This document shows, in pieces, positions 12,618-25,826 of a stretch of DNA of 64,000 nucleotides (position 1 is its first letter; each line of letters begins with the position of its first letter). The stretch comes from Podospora anserina. Lineage: Eukaryota. Location of the stretch: assembly GCA_017654855.1 (NCBI GenBank), contig CM030336.1, positions 2,790,001 to 2,854,000 on the forward strand, given 5' to 3'. Position numbers and translations under genes: made by a program. Under the pieces are notes generated by a model. It did no database searches. It saw only the letters and a program-made list of their open reading frames with translations, and was not told the DNA's origin.

Positions 12618-13692
12618 GATGGGCAGCGGAGGGTGCAGGTCGTGGTGAGGAGATCAGGGAGGAACCACTGTCCACAACGGGAATGAGGAAGCCATCGCCG
12701 CCCTCTGAAGTATCATGGCAGTGTTGGTACCGCGCTTGGGCCAGTCGTTGTCAGGTTGGTATTCAGCCAAACGCCAAGGCAAAACAAACAAGCTTCCAGG
12801 TTTGTTTCTGCAACTCGCATGGAAGCTGAAGCGTTCCACAGCTGGCAGTGGTGTAGGCTGTCTCTTGGAGGGCAACCCCTGATCAGTGGGGTCGAACTCG
12901 GAGGAAACTGCCCGGGGTCCACTGGGACAGCCGATAGCCAACTGGACATCTTCATAGAAGCCAGAAGTTGGCATTTGGTCTGCATCGCCAGGTCCATCGG
13001 ACCAGGCTACAAACTCCACATATCCGCCTAAACCGAGCTGTCAAAACTCTTGTGTTAGTACCCCCAGACCTGCCGGGGTAGGTATTTTTGGTGGTCTCAT
13101 TTGTGATTGGCGTGGGTAGAAGCGGCTCGGGAACCAGGGAATGATAGACGTCATCAAGCTTTATCGATCAATAAAACCATGCTCCTGCATAAACCCTGCA
13201 ACACATCACAAATCGCTGCACCCAACGGTTGGACGACAGCGGTACAGCCCGCCCCCACTGCAACCGTGACATTCACCCCAAAGTCTACGGTGGGTTCAGT
13301 CCTATCAACATCGTCTCGATTTGGAAACTCTTTCGTCGAGCGGGATAGATCCGAATTCGAAAAAGACTATCTTCCAAGGAATTCTCTCCTTGACGAACAT
13401 GTCATGGTGAAGTGCCCTCTACCTTAACCTCACACGGCAATGATCTGCTGTATCAAAGCGCTTTCAGGCTTCAGCGGAGTGATTATTTTTGCAAACATGG
13501 CGATAGGTTGGGCTCGCAAGAAGGTTTTGGATTCGGAAGCCCCTAGCTGCCTGTCCTGCTTTGAATTCGGGCGTCACCGAACCGGCAAGAAGTACATCGT
13601 CCTAGGCTTTTAAAGATCAAGCAGGACTCTACGAGCGTCTCCGAACGGGCATCTTTGAGATTGCAACAGCATCCTCGGTACTCGAAGTCAGC

Positions 13693-15134
13693 ATGAAGAT
13701 TGTCCAGGTTCTGCCCTTTGTGGGCCTTGCAAATGCCCTCCCATGGATGGCTGACAAGCGCCAACAGGTACGTCTGCCTCGTCTCCATGACAAGGCTTTT
13801 CACTGACAATGCCCAAGTCCGGTGGTGCCCAGCCCGGCGGTCCTCTGACTTGCCCCTTCAACCCTAATCACCAGCCAGCTGCCAGATGGGACCCAGATTT
13901 CCCTTACAACCACGCAAAGCTCGGTCTCCCAGGCAAAGGCAAAGGCGGGTATAAAGTCCCTGCTGATGGCGATACTGCCCATGCCTTCATGCCGCCGACG
14001 GACAAAGACATCAGAGGTCCTTGCCCTGGACTGAATGCTTTGGCTAATCGTGCGTGCGCTTAGCAAGACAATTGAAGGGACACCACTAACCCTCACCTAC
14101 GTAGATAACTTTATTGCCCGTGATGGTATTACCGATTACAACGAGTTGCTCGACGCTCTTCAGAACGTCTACAACGTTGGCTATGACCTGGCGAACTTCC
14201 TTGCCTTCTACGCCATCTACGTCGCCGGCCTTGGAGATCCCGTCACCAAGAAGCTGTCCATCGGCTGTGATGCCACCACACGTACCTCGTGGAGCCCAAT
14301 CATCACTGGCAGCGAGCCCGGCCTGAACGGCCACAGCAAGATGGAGATCGACGCGTCACTCACCCGGAATGATTTCTTCGCTGCCGGTGGTGACAACTTC
14401 AGCTTCAACACTACCCTGTTCAAGATGTTTGAACAGTCCACCAGTGGACTCTTTGACGTTGACCGAATCTCCAAGTACCGTCATGAACGGTGGCATCAGT
14501 GCCAGGCTGAGAACCCACAATTGTGAGTCTTGACATGCAAAGCAGCGGAAGCCAACCCCTAACCATTGACTCCAGCTACTTCCCCATCCTCGGCCTCTTC
14601 CAATACGGCGCCGCCTCCTTCCTCTACGAACTCTGGCCGAATGGAAATGAGGGCTATGTCCCCAACTTGCACAACACCGCCACTTTGTAAGTTTTGATGC
14701 TTGTCCATCCATCACATCACCCTTGATGCTAATCTTGTCAAAGCTTTGGAGCCCACCGCCTCCCAGACGGCAACTACCTCCGCGTTCCTGAGCGTATTCC
14801 CTCCAACTGGGTCAACCGCGAGAATCCTTACTTCCTGCTAGACATCGCCTCGGAGATCTTCAAGATGTACACCAAGAACCCAGTTGGCTTTGGTGGCAAT
14901 GCTGGAGGGGAGTTTATTGGCATCAACCACCCTCCTTACATCAATGATGGTGCGCTCAATGCCAATACCACTGCCCAGGATGTCACTTGTTTGTTGTATC
15001 AGATCCTCTCGAGGCCGGTTCCGAGCACACTGAATGGTATTATTACTCCTTTGGTTGAGGCGACGGAGGCGCTTTTGATCAGCTTGTTTGGGGTTGAGTA
15101 TAATAATTTGGGGTGCCCGCTGGCTTTGACGTGA
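13693..15134 (+). CDS. Secreted heme-thiolate peroxidase / unspecific peroxygenase (chloroperoxidase family), multi-exon
   Basis: Signal peptide MKIVQVLPFVGLANA, proximal-Cys motif DIRGPCPGLNALAN, distal H..E-x-DASLTR.D (HSKMEIDASLTRND), PERIPSNW; several GT-AG introns. Confidence 0.88.
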
Positions 15135-15439
15135 GGGGGTGGTGGGTGTGAATGAGAGGAGGGTGAGTTTGTCAATGGCAACTGGATCCTCATTCTTATA
15201 TTTAGGAAAAGACATATGTCAATTTGAAAGTTCTGTTGGTATAAAAGTGTTGATTGTTGTAAACTATGGAAAGGTAAACTGAGAAATCCTGCAGACCCAA
15301 ACAAACCAGCCCAGGTTGGTCCAAGCTCCCTGTGGAGCCAGTTGTACAACAAGTTCTGAACTTATAACCTATACCGCTATGGTTTGAAAACGAAAGGTTT
15401 GGTACCCCGTACGTTTTTTTTGGCCCATCTTTCTAGCTA

Positions 15440-17300
15440 ACGTATATTATAAGCGAGTCGTACATATAAGCGAGTCGTACAGTCTCCACCACCCTACAAC
15501 AACTATCCTCAATTATACCGCAACAACATTAGGAAGTAACTACAATTACATCAGAAACGGCTGAATCAGATGATTCCCCAGCCTCCTGGCAAGTGCGCGC
15601 GTTATGGCCAGGCTTGCCGCACACACCACAGCACCGAACCGTCGTACGAGCCCCCCCTATACTACCGCCATCCGGCTATATTTCTTCCACTACCTCCCCA
15701 CCCACGGCCTTCTAATCTAGTAGATCCTATGTATCTTGCACAATAAGTGATCCTCCGAGCCGTATATATATTTTTTTAGTTTTCCGGCGTTTATTTAGTA
15801 TTTTATTAGCTTTACGGAGCGAAGAGACCTTTATTTATAAAAGGGTTATTTAATATATTATAGTTATTATATTTTTAATAAATTAATTTATAGTATTTAA
15901 TATTAAAATCGGGAAATTATTTTAATAATTAATAATATGAGTTTTAATAAATATTAAATATAAATTAATTTTTTAAAAATTTTATAATATTTAAAATATT
16001 TAAAGGAATATTATACCCGGTTTTAAAAATAAAAATATTAATATATAAAGTTTTATATTTAATTTAAAAAATATTTTTTTTAAATTATATAATATAAAGT
16101 TAGTACTTATAAAGTTACCTTATATATTTTTTTTATTATAAAAATAAAAAAAATTTTACGGAAAATATAAAAAAATTTAAATTTATTTATATAATTAATA
16201 TATATATATATTAAACCTTTAATTTAACGGCCGTATATTTATTTTAACGGTTTAAAATAATTAATATTAAATAATTAAAGGAAATAAAAAAAATATAAAA
16301 ATATATAAAATATAATAATATTATTTTATTAATAATAATATTTAAATTTAATTAAATAATAATTTTTATAATTATTAAAAATTAATAATTAATATTTACT
16401 TTTTATATAAAATACTATATAATAATTAAAATATTTAATTTAATTTAAATTTATTAAATTAATAATTTAATTATTATTAATAATTATAATATATTAAATA
16501 AATAATAAATTATATTTAATATATTAATTAATAAAATAATATTATATAATTAAAATAATAAAAAATAAAATAATTTAATTAAAAATATTAATTTTTTAAA
16601 TTATTATTATTTATTTATAGTTATTAAACTAAATTAATTTTATTTTATTAAAATTATTTAAGGTTATAATTATTATATTTATAAAAATAATATTTATTAT
16701 AAACTTAATTTTGTTAAAATTATAAATATTATTATTTATAATATTATATTTAACTTTAATATTCCGTATAAATATAAATTATTTAATAATAACTTTCGGA
16801 TTTTCGTATTTAACCCTTTAATAGTCGTATTTACGTATAAAATATATATAGAGCTATAACTAACGTTTAATAAAATTATATATTTAAAGTTTATTAATAA
16901 AGGGCGTATTATATATATATAGTAATTAATTAATTATATTTTTTATATTATATAACTTTAATAAAAAAGCTTACGTAAATAGTTTAATAATATAATAAAT
17001 AATAACTTTTTCTTCGGATTAAATAAACTTTTTCGATTTAAGTATAGTATTGCGTTATATAGGCCGGCCGGCGCGTCGGTTAGAGAGAGTTATAGGTGGT
17101 ACGTTATAAAGCTTAGTTATAGCTCGGAGGCTTAATTTTTCGTTCTTTTAGAGAGCCTTAAGGGCTAAGAGTATCCTGGCTTCCTTTGAAGTAGGAGGTA
17201 TGTTGGGTTGTGGAAAAAATTAATGTTAGGTGTAAGGAGGACGCGTCGTGGTGGAGACTGTACGACTCGCTTATATATACGACTCGCTTATAATATACGT
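15440..17300 (-). mobile_element. Full-length (1861 bp) Fot1/pogo-type Tc1-mariner DNA transposon, inactivated by RIP
   Basis: 53-bp TIRs (ACGTATATTATAAGCGAGTCGTAC/TATATAAGCGAGTCGTACAGTCTCCACCAC, 1 mismatch) flanked by TA at 15438-15439 and 17301-17302. The core is extremely AT-rich. Confidence 0.93.
15529..17201 (-). pseudogene. RIP-mutated Fot1-like transposase
   Basis: Minus strand begins (ATA for ATG)PPTSKEARILLALKAL*RTKKLSLRA..LYNVP..TLS.RRAGR (psq-type HTH pattern) and ends CGVCGKPGHNARTC (CCHC knuckle)..VIVVTS*. The middle is full of stops. Confidence 0.85.
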
Positions 17301-18292
17301 TACTTATTTTATATAGGCAAATAAATTACTTATAGGATCCTAGTAAGAAAATTTAACTAGAGCGATAAAATTTTTTTAAATAAAGATATAAATGAAATCA
17401 TTATTATTGAAATATTTTAATGTAAAACATTATAATGTCTTTTACTCTAAAAAAACCTAAGTTGTTGGAAAACAGAAGTATGGGACCCGGTAGCAGCATT
17501 GACCGACCTGGGAGGATGATGGGCTTTGGAGAGCAAACTCGTCTCGAGAGAAAATGCGGATGGACCTTGGTGTGGGTAATTTGAAAGGGAACCTGGCATA
17601 CTAGTTGTATGTGAAGCGGCTGAGAGGGTCGGAATTTTAGGGACGCTCACTAGAGCGTTGGAGGTCCGGATTCACTTTTCACGGCTACCTCAGTGGGTCG
17701 CAGCAGTAAGGTATCTAGTTGTAAGAATGGAATGAACTGCCTTTCATCAGCGACAGTGCCGGTTCAAGAGAACCCTGAGAATTAGGCAGAAGTTGTGGAA
17801 TAATGTGAGGAGGGATCCATGTTCTTAAACAGCGTAGGCCTGATCAGATTTCATGCTGAACAGCTCACGATATGAGCCCGTAAGCCATTTCGGTCGTGAT
17901 CTATGACGCAGACAAAACGTCAGGTCACTATTAAGAAATCTTTGTCTGTATCCTCCATGTCATGGGAGCGGAGGCCCGTTGTGATATCAGCTGGCACCCC
18001 CAAGGTCCAATGAGCTGGAGCAGCCTTAAACCCGAGGCTCCTATATCTCGAGCTTGAGTTTCGATCTCAATGCAGACCTCTCGCTGCCATGCCACAAAAT
18101 ACGCACCAATCAATTTCTTCTCTCGCTAGCCTCCGACCTTTTGACATCGCCAACATTTGCAACCGCATCGCTTTCAGACACCGTTATTTGCCCGGAGAAC
18201 ACATCCATGTTTTAGTTCTACCTAGCTCTACAATCTCTGACAATCATGGTCAGTCACAGGATATCCTCTCGTCATTGGTGATTTCTGGAAGG

Positions 18293-18676
18293 ATGGGCAC
18301 TAACCCTCAGGAACAGCCCGAATCTCTGGATGTTTCCGGCCTCTACGGCATCGCCAGCGTGGTTGGCTTCCTCCTGGCCGGCTCCCTCATTTTTGCGCTG
18401 GCACGAGATGGCCGTAGGATCATGAAGCATTGTTTGGGCCATACGAGCTACGAGGAGAGTGGTACCGATCGTCAACCAGTTGTCTCGATCGCCTCATTCT
18501 ACCACACCCCTCAAGCCCCTTCTCTGAACAAACTCTACAAGCAGAGGCATTTGTGCCGGCAGCTTCAGGATGTAATAGTTCCCATTCATGTTCGCGACGG
18601 TCGCTCAGTCAACATCACGGTGCCTGTCCAAGCTCATCTTCCAGGGAAGCGTGGTGAAACAGTGCCAGGCTGGTGA
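18293..18676 (+). CDS. Possible small single-pass membrane protein
   Basis: ORF with one hydrophobic helix (LYGIASVVGFLLAGSLIFALA) followed by basic residues. No family recognised. Confidence 0.35.
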   Translation: MGTNPQEQPESLDVSGLYGIASVVGFLLAGSLIFALARDGRRIMKHCLGHTSYEESGTDRQPVVSIASFYHTPQAPSLNKLYKQRHLCRQLQDVIVPIHVRDGRSVNITVPVQAHLPGKRGETVPGW

Positions 18677-19906
18677 GATAACCAGTTCGGCAGACCATGT
18701 CATCCGGAATCTGCTTTTTCCCATTGAACTTGTTCAATCAAGACAGTCCCACCTGGGTAAGTCTCAGAGACCCCCTGCGTCATTTTTTGAAAGGCTTGGA
18801 CTAATCTCTTGCGAAACTTACAGCTCAAAAATGATGCTTGAACATAAGGGAAACTACCCAAAGTCACACTGCCTGGTGTATAAGCTCAGCTCTTCTGAGG
18901 GAGATCGATCAGGCTTTGGCAACAGAGAAAAGATCTCTTCTATCTCCCCCTGGAACCCAAGGAACATGAAGTGAGCGAAAGGGATGGGATTGGAAGAAGC
19001 CAGACGGCGGAATGTAAATGATAGCTTGCATCAACACAGAGAGTTTTGGAAACGAGGTTGGGGTGAACCGTCAAACATCGAGATGGGCCAAGGGAAATAC
19101 CATGGATAGGACATCACGAAATGGAATGGATAACGAATTTATATTCCTGCTCAGAGACTCAGAGTTTAACACAATTCCTCCCATTTGCCCACCACTATAC
19201 TTTCACCCATATTGCCACAGGCTGACGCCAGTATCCCTCAAAAAGGTCCCTTGGGTCCAAGTAACAGCCATTAACCGCTGGCTGCTGAATCAATCGTGAA
19301 TTCGCCAATCAGAGTGCACGCAGAACCTGGAACAGACAAGACTGGGTATCGTGGTATCCACTTAACTATCTAACACTGTTAGATGCATATCGTCAACGAC
19401 ACACCGCACCAACTCACAAGACTAACAGTCCACGGAATTCCGTTAGCATCCGAGGGTCACGATGCAAGCTTCCACGGATCACGAGCGGCGCTGCTACTGC
19501 GGTAAGCTATATTAAACCATATCATCGCTAGGCGACATACGAGAGGATGTCCGGCATTTTCTGACGATTGCAAGCGGTTTCTGCGACTACTCGCATATCT
19601 GGAGCCTGGACCTGTGCCCACTGCCTTGCTCTTCTTTCATCTTGCAATCCGGGCCACAACCTTTTCCCTCCCTCTTTTTGCTTCCATCCACAACACACCT
19701 TCGTTGCACCTCATATTCTCAACCAGACCAAAGGCTCAGTCATTCTGCCATCAGCAACAAAACCTTGTAATCACCGCAAACTCAGGTCGAAGAAATGGTA
19801 CGTCGACTTCTTATTCAACCTCAACCAACACCAGCCTAGCAATCCAGACCACTACATCCATCCCGACTGCTCATCAACGTCTCTAAGAACCCCACAGGAC
19901 ACCTCA

Positions 19907-20191
19907 ATGAACATCGTGGTAGCCCTGGCTGTCGTTCTCTTCCTCATCATCATCATCACCCTCAGCGGGTACTGTATCTGGATTCGTCGCCTCGCCCAGA
20001 ACCAACCTCAGCTGCCCATTCACGAACCCCGCACTCCCACAGACACTGGCAGCGATCATTCCGTCCCTTCACCTGAAAGTGTCAGTAGTAACAGCCGGAC
20101 CGATTCTTCTCCCTGGTCCCGCCAGAGCAACAACAATCAATCCCATTGTTTAGCCTCATCGGCACCCAGCCTCAACAGTGAACCAAGATGA
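19907..20191 (+). CDS. Possible small single-pass membrane protein
   Basis: MNIVVALAVVLFLIIIITLSGYCIWIRR followed by a Ser/Pro-rich tail. Confidence 0.35.
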   Translation: MNIVVALAVVLFLIIIITLSGYCIWIRRLAQNQPQLPIHEPRTPTDTGSDHSVPSPESVSSNSRTDSSPWSRQSNNNQSHCLASSAPSLNSEPR

Positions 20192-20483
20192 ACCAGGGGG
20201 TTACTACAAGGAGGATATGCCAGCTTTGCGCCCCATTTAATCCCGTTTTCACCATTGCAACTTCTCACTACTGCAGACTTGCGGCCAGCGTGCTGAAGGT
20301 CCACCATATTTGAGCCGCAGCTCCCAGAAATGCAGTCGAGTGTTGTGAGACCGTATATGGCCCAAACCGCCTCCCATCGCACCTTTCTGTGAATGATGAA
20401 GATGCCGGCATGCCGAGAACGTGGAACAAATAATATAAACGGCGCCAGTGTGATCTCCAAACACTTCCATTCCCAAAACATAA

Positions 20484-22100
20484 CTACCTCTTCTCACTAT
20501 CCCCAACCGTATACCCTCTTGCCACACCCCTCCTCCCCTCCTCAATAGCTGTGCTCTCTTCCTCAGTATAATCACTCCCCAACCCCTGCCACGTCCTCTG
20601 CGACCTCAAGAACTCAGCACCCGGACTAACCACCCCATTCACCATCGCCAACTCAGCGTTTGGTCTCAACGCAAGCGCCCCATTCGTCCCATTCATGTTC
20701 TCTTCTACCACCCCCTCTTTCACCTCCCCACCCTCCCTCTCCTCCTTAACCTTCCTCACCCTCATCGGCCGACTAGTACTAATCAGCCTCCCAGTCCTAA
20801 GATCAAACTCTGGCGGCGCAGACTCCTCTTCACTATCCTCATCCTCCTCTTCCTTCCCCTCCACCACCTCCTCTTCTTCATCCTTACCAACCGGCGCCTT
20901 CACTCCCTCAATCCCCCCCCACCAACTCCCCCCCCAAACCCTCTCCCAATCCCCCATCAACGCAACCTCCAACTCAAACGGCGTCACCACCGGCCTAAAA
21001 AACCCAGCATCATCCTCCACAAGACTGCTCTCCCAACACCCCACCACCACCCACCCATCAATCTCCGCAAAATTCGCCAGCTTCGCCGGATTCAGCTTGC
21101 CAACCACAACCGTATAACTCTTTTTATTCGCCGCCGCAATCCTCTTCCTGAGCGCATCCACCGAACACAAGTAGTTCGATACTGAAAGCGTATTCACCAA
21201 TATCCCAATGATACCCGCAGTTGACAGAGATAATAGCTTCGCATACCGCCGGCCGAGGAGTCGTCTTGCGGAGAGGGAGCTAGATGATGGAAAGGGGGAG
21301 TGGGGCGTGTCGTGGATGTAGAGGGAGCCTACCCTCGAGGAGAGGGCTAGTAGCAGGGCTGTTGGGGGGGTGGAGATGTGGAAGAGGGAGTATTCTTGTA
21401 GTGAATCCCCCTCCGGTGTAGAATCGGAGGAGGCGCTGTGGGAGACGATCTTCCGGTTGGGCAAGATGTTCGTTGGGTCATGGGTGATGGCCGTGGAGTA
21501 AATATTTGTGTATCCCTCCGACACAAGACGTGAGGCAACCGCCGAAACGTGGGATTGATACGTCACATCCGCCATGATAACCACCTTTGCGTCTTTTCCC
21601 GGGTATTCCCTCTCGAAAGCTTCGACCGTCTCGTCGAGGTTGAGCCGATGTTCGGTAAACACGTAGATAACAGGTAATCGGGACGTGGGCGAGAGACACG
21701 ACCGGCCGTAGTGCACCACAACCTGGGCATCGGCGTGTTCAGCCGCTACTTCATCAACACAGCACGCGCTGTAGGAAGTGTCGGCCAGGATGAATATCTT
21801 CTCGTCTTGTTTTGGCCCGGATGATTCCTCCTCTTCTTTTCGGAGAGCAGTCAGCTCATCCTTGAGCGCCTGGACTAGCCTCGGCGCATCGACCAGCATC
21901 GCGTCTGGGAATTGTAGGGCTATCGTCTTCCATTTTCCCAGTCGCAGTTCTCGCGCCGTCCGTGCGACTTCGTAGATTTGGCGGAGCTCGTCGTCGGTTT
22001 TTCGCGGCGCCTTGGCCTCGGTCTTGGAATCTGGGCTGGCGTACTCGAAGAGGTGTTCGGCCGGGGTTGACAGCACCGGGGCGGAGGATAGTTCGGTCAT
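20484..22100 (-). CDS. DPH2: Diphthamide biosynthesis protein 2
   Basis: [57 protein letters not shown]-terminal [19 protein letters not shown]. Confidence 0.93.
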   Translation of the reverse strand: MTELSSAPVLSTPAEHLFEYASPDSKTEAKAPRKTDDELRQIYEVARTARELRLGKWKTIALQFPDAMLVDAPRLVQALKDELTALRKEEEESSGPKQDEKIFILADTSYSACCVDEVAAEHADAQVVVHYGRSCLSPTSRLPVIYVFTEHRLNLDETVEAFEREYPGKDAKVVIMADVTYQSHVSAVASRLVSEGYTNIYSTAITHDPTNILPNRKIVSHSASSDSTPEGDSLQEYSLFHISTPPTALLLALSSRVGSLYIHDTPHSPFPSSSSLSARRLLGRRYAKLLSLSTAGIIGILVNTLSVSNYLCSVDALRKRIAAANKKSYTVVVGKLNPAKLANFAEIDGWVVVGCWESSLVEDDAGFFRPVVTPFELEVALMGDWERVWGGSWWGGIEGVKAPVGKDEEEEVVEGKEEEDEDSEEESAPPEFDLRTGRLISTSRPMRVRKVKEEREGGEVKEGVVEENMNGTNGALALRPNAELAMVNGVVSPGAEFLRSQRTWQGLGSDYTEEESTAIEEGRRGVARGYTVGDSEKR

Positions 22101-22469
22101 TTTTGGTTTGTTAGGCTGATCCTGGACGGTGTGTCGCCGGTGGTAGTCGCCGTCTGAACGGTGACTTGGAATTTTTTCTTTGGCGAATGCGGGGCACTGT
22201 TGATCTCCAGATTGCCCCGCGCTTGGGGTGACGTCGGGCGGGCCGCTGATCCCCCACCAAATTGTGCCTGGCGCAAAGTCCCGGTAAGGCAGTTATTCTA
22301 GTGGGGCAGTAGCTTGAAGAGCACTGAGACATGAACACAGCTCAAAAATCGACGACGAGGACGCGTGAGATGAAGATTATTATTTAGTATATGTACAACA
22401 AATTTGAGCGCCAGAAAATACAAGCATCGCTAATACATCGCTTCTACCATCCATTATGAGATCGCGGTC

Positions 22470-24069
22470 CTAGAAGACCGTCAGAGGGTTCCACCCCACA
22501 GCAAGCACCCTGGTGGCTGTGTAGAAAGCCAACGCAACAGCATACGAGATGCTCGAAAACAAAATCACGGCCGTCCAACCCGACCCAGATAACAAGGCGC
22601 CTCCAATTGGGACACTGCTCAGCGTACCAAAGCTGGCCACCATCATCGCCGTTGAAAACAGTCGCCCAAACTTTCGGTGATCGCAGAGCTGACCCAAGCA
22701 CACCGGCACCAAGCCAATGTTGCTGCCACTGCCAAACCCAAACAGCACCGCGTATGCAATCAACATCGAATTCGAGTGGCCAGCCGGCAACCACAGCGCC
22801 AGTCCCGTGATCAAGCAAATGGCGATAGTGATGATAATAACGTTGAACCGCCCAATCTTATCCGCCAGAATTCCCGGCAACACACGTCCCAACACGGACC
22901 CGGCGTTCAGGTATGACAACAGCAGATAACTTTCCGTCGCATCCTGCCCGTGGTCAACCGCGTACGACACAATATAAGTCAACGGAACGAACAGGCCCCA
23001 CTCCATGAAGAACACACCGAGAGCAGCGCATGCGAACCGGGCATCTTTGAACACGGAAAAGTCGGGCCAGACCGACTGCACCTTTTCGCCCTTGGCGGGG
23101 GGCAGTCTGGTCTTGATGAACAGATTGGCTGGGATGGCGAGGCCGAGCATGATCAGGGCGAGCACTCGGCTGCTCCAGTTGAACCCGATGGTCGGCAACA
23201 GCTCTCTCAGCACAATGGGGAAGATGACGCCGCCGATGCCGCCCGCTGTACTCGCAATGCCTGTCGCAAAACCTCGACGGACGTTGAAGAAGTGGGCGAT
23301 GGAGCCATAGGCGGGACAGTTGAGGAAAGCACCGCCCAAGCCACCCATGACGGAATAGGTGAGGATGATCTGATAATATTCTGCAGGGTGATGGTCAACC
23401 TCCGCCGTCTATCATTTCAGAGAAGGAGGGGCACTCACCAGTACACCAGCTCAGCAACAACAAACTGAGCGTGATCAGCAAACATCCCACAGCAACAATC
23501 AGCCTCGCGCCATATCGATCAAAAATAGGCCCAACTTGGACCCCCACGAAAAACACAATAAAGAGGTACAAGCTAAAGATCCAGCCAATCTCGCTTGGCG
23601 AGTTGTCCTTCAACTGGTGCGTCGAAAAGTACGATTCAAACACAGCGGCCGAGTTGATCAATCCGTACAGCGACAACATGGCACAAAACGACCCAAACAC
23701 CACCAACCACCCCGTCACACCTCCCTCGGGAAAGTCAATCGTGGTCGCCGCCGATGGTGAGCGTTCCAGCTCGAGCTCGGGATCCTTCTCCGTGGTTGGG
23801 CCATAGTGGTTGGCATCCGGTATGGTACGTCGCGACGCCACTCTGACTGGCTCTACCTCAGGTTCGGTATCAGACGAGGAGGCGGAATCAGTTGGCGATG
23901 TCTTTTCACCATCAGCTATTGGAACATCCAATGTCGAGTCTGATGATGAGTTGTTGGAACGGTGGTGTGGTGGTGATGACGACGAGGAAGAATTGGTGAC
24001 GCCATAGGGAGCGCTTACACCAGCATCCCCTGTTGTGGTGGTGACATGACTCTCTCGCGGCGGCGGCAT
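22470..24069 (-). CDS. MFS transporter, monocarboxylate/riboflavin (Mch-type) family
   Basis: FPEGG..GWLVVFGSF, GPIFDRYG, RRGFATGIASTAGGIGGVIFP, GRVLPGILADKIGRFN, many TM helices; one intron near 23386-23438. The start Met is inferred. Confidence 0.9.
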
Positions 24070-25826
24070 TTGCGTCTCTTTATGAGCTTTGAACCCCGGA
24101 ATGCGGGAACGACGCCCTCTCAACACCTCTCCCGACCAAGCCGGAAAGTGGGTATTTTCTTTTCCTGTTGCGGGATGAGAGAGGGCGGGGAGCGGATTTC
24201 GGCTGTTTCCGGTCTGGATGATTGAGGATCGGTACCGATGCGGTGATGTGGGGCCGGTGTTTAGATGTTGCTGATCTTTTGGTTCTACAGACAACAACAG
24301 CTTTTTTTTCTTTCTTCAGATGGTGAAGAAGGAAAAGCGGAAGAGGAGAAAAGAAGGGGACCAGTCACACTGATGAAGAGGGCATGTATCGGGAAAGAGG
24401 GGGCCGTGGCCGACAGCTAAAAAGAAAATTCGCCCGCGTGGGTCCGGTCCAAGGAGTGCTTTCCCCACAGTTTGACTTCTAGATTGGATTATTCCCGACC
24501 GGCACCCTTCCAAACGGCTTCGGCATTGCCTCCAAGGGCAGGTTGGGGCGGGAAAAAGCTGACATAATTGGCGGTGAATTGGTCATGGAAATGTTTTTTC
24601 CTTTGCCCGCTTCTGCGTGGGTGGGTATGGATGTGTGCCTGACATGCATGTTATGACAACGTCCGAGCGGCCACCGGCAACGCCTCCCGTGAGGCGCTAC
24701 TATCGGGAGACGGAGGGTGTGACGGGAGGGCCCGATCTTTCGGGGGGAGTTCCCCGTTTTTTTTTTTTTTTTTTTTGTTCGGCAAGCTACCAGTTGTCGC
24801 AGTGATTTGCGGTCAAGCAAACGACGGTTGGGGATTCTGGAATCGTCGAGACGTCGAAGGGGGAAGGAAAAAAGCCAAGAGATTTGTGGATGGGTCTCGG
24901 CATGCGGGCGGCTGGCGGTTGGCTGCATTGCTGGCTGCCGTCATCCCTGTCATTTCTTTTGACATCCGCTTCCTCGAGTGTGGGCGTCGGAACCGAACAT
25001 CGCGATGATGCACTCGAGATTTGAATTGATGTTACACAACGTGAGATATCGGATGCGGGGGAATGGATATCTTAAAGGGATATTCGTTCGTCCATTGAGA
25101 TTGGAACCCGTTGTTTGAGCCCCCGCGGACGTGTATTTTGGGGCAATTGACTGGATTGGACGGCTCGGATGCCAGCGACCGAAGGCCTGAAAGGGACTGT
25201 GGTTGGCAAACATTAACGTAAGTCGGCTGCCGAGCTCTCCAGATTGGTGGGAGTTGGAATCTAACATTGGTGTGTGCTAAGCCGATCGCTGATTGGCCAG
25301 CTCGTCAAGATTTCAAACAACCTCAGGACTGGGCACGGCTGATGTCTGGGTGGCTCGCCAGATGTGTTAGCGGCGCAAGTGTGGCCCACAAGAAACTCGC
25401 TGGCGATTGGTCGACTCGCCAAAATCACATCCTACGAGGCTGGGGTTGATGATGAGGCCTTTGAACACGAAGGTGTTGGTTGTTCGTGATGGGCAGGTTT
25501 GATTTAGGGGGCAGTGGCTGAGACTTTTCTTTCTTTCTGGAAGCTTTTGATCATATCTGACAGAAGTTCTATAGGTCTGTGCAGATTGATCTCAAGAGTC
25601 TATAAGAAGAGACCGTAGGACCAATTTTTTGGTTGGAATCCTCTTCTCAGCCCAAGCATCACATAGTCGTGGTCCCACTCCTATTGTTGCCTGTTCCAGC
25701 GCTGCCAAGCCTCCAAGCCTACCAGTTTCGTCTCAGTCCAACTTTGAGAGACTCGAGGTCCCAGCTCGACGGTCTCCAGGCCGAACTTATCTCCTATTTT
25801 ATGACCTACCTGTCTCTTTTTTCAAA

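Noticed and set aside
11652-12686. 344-aa plus-strand ORF and similar long antisense ORFs (e.g. 27175-27786, 33318-34103, 48686-49504, 55813-56844)
   Set aside because: They are shadows of well-supported genes on the opposite strand, caused by codon bias and G/C skew.
15440-15492. Repeated TATAAGCGAGTCGTA units as a CRISPR-like array
   Set aside because: Only two adjacent units, no spacers, and mirrored at the other end of the element: this is internal TIR structure.
15760-17060. AT-rich block as centromere, organellar insertion or foreign DNA
   Set aside because: It is bounded by TIRs and a TA duplication with transposase remnants at both ends, so a RIPed transposon explains it.
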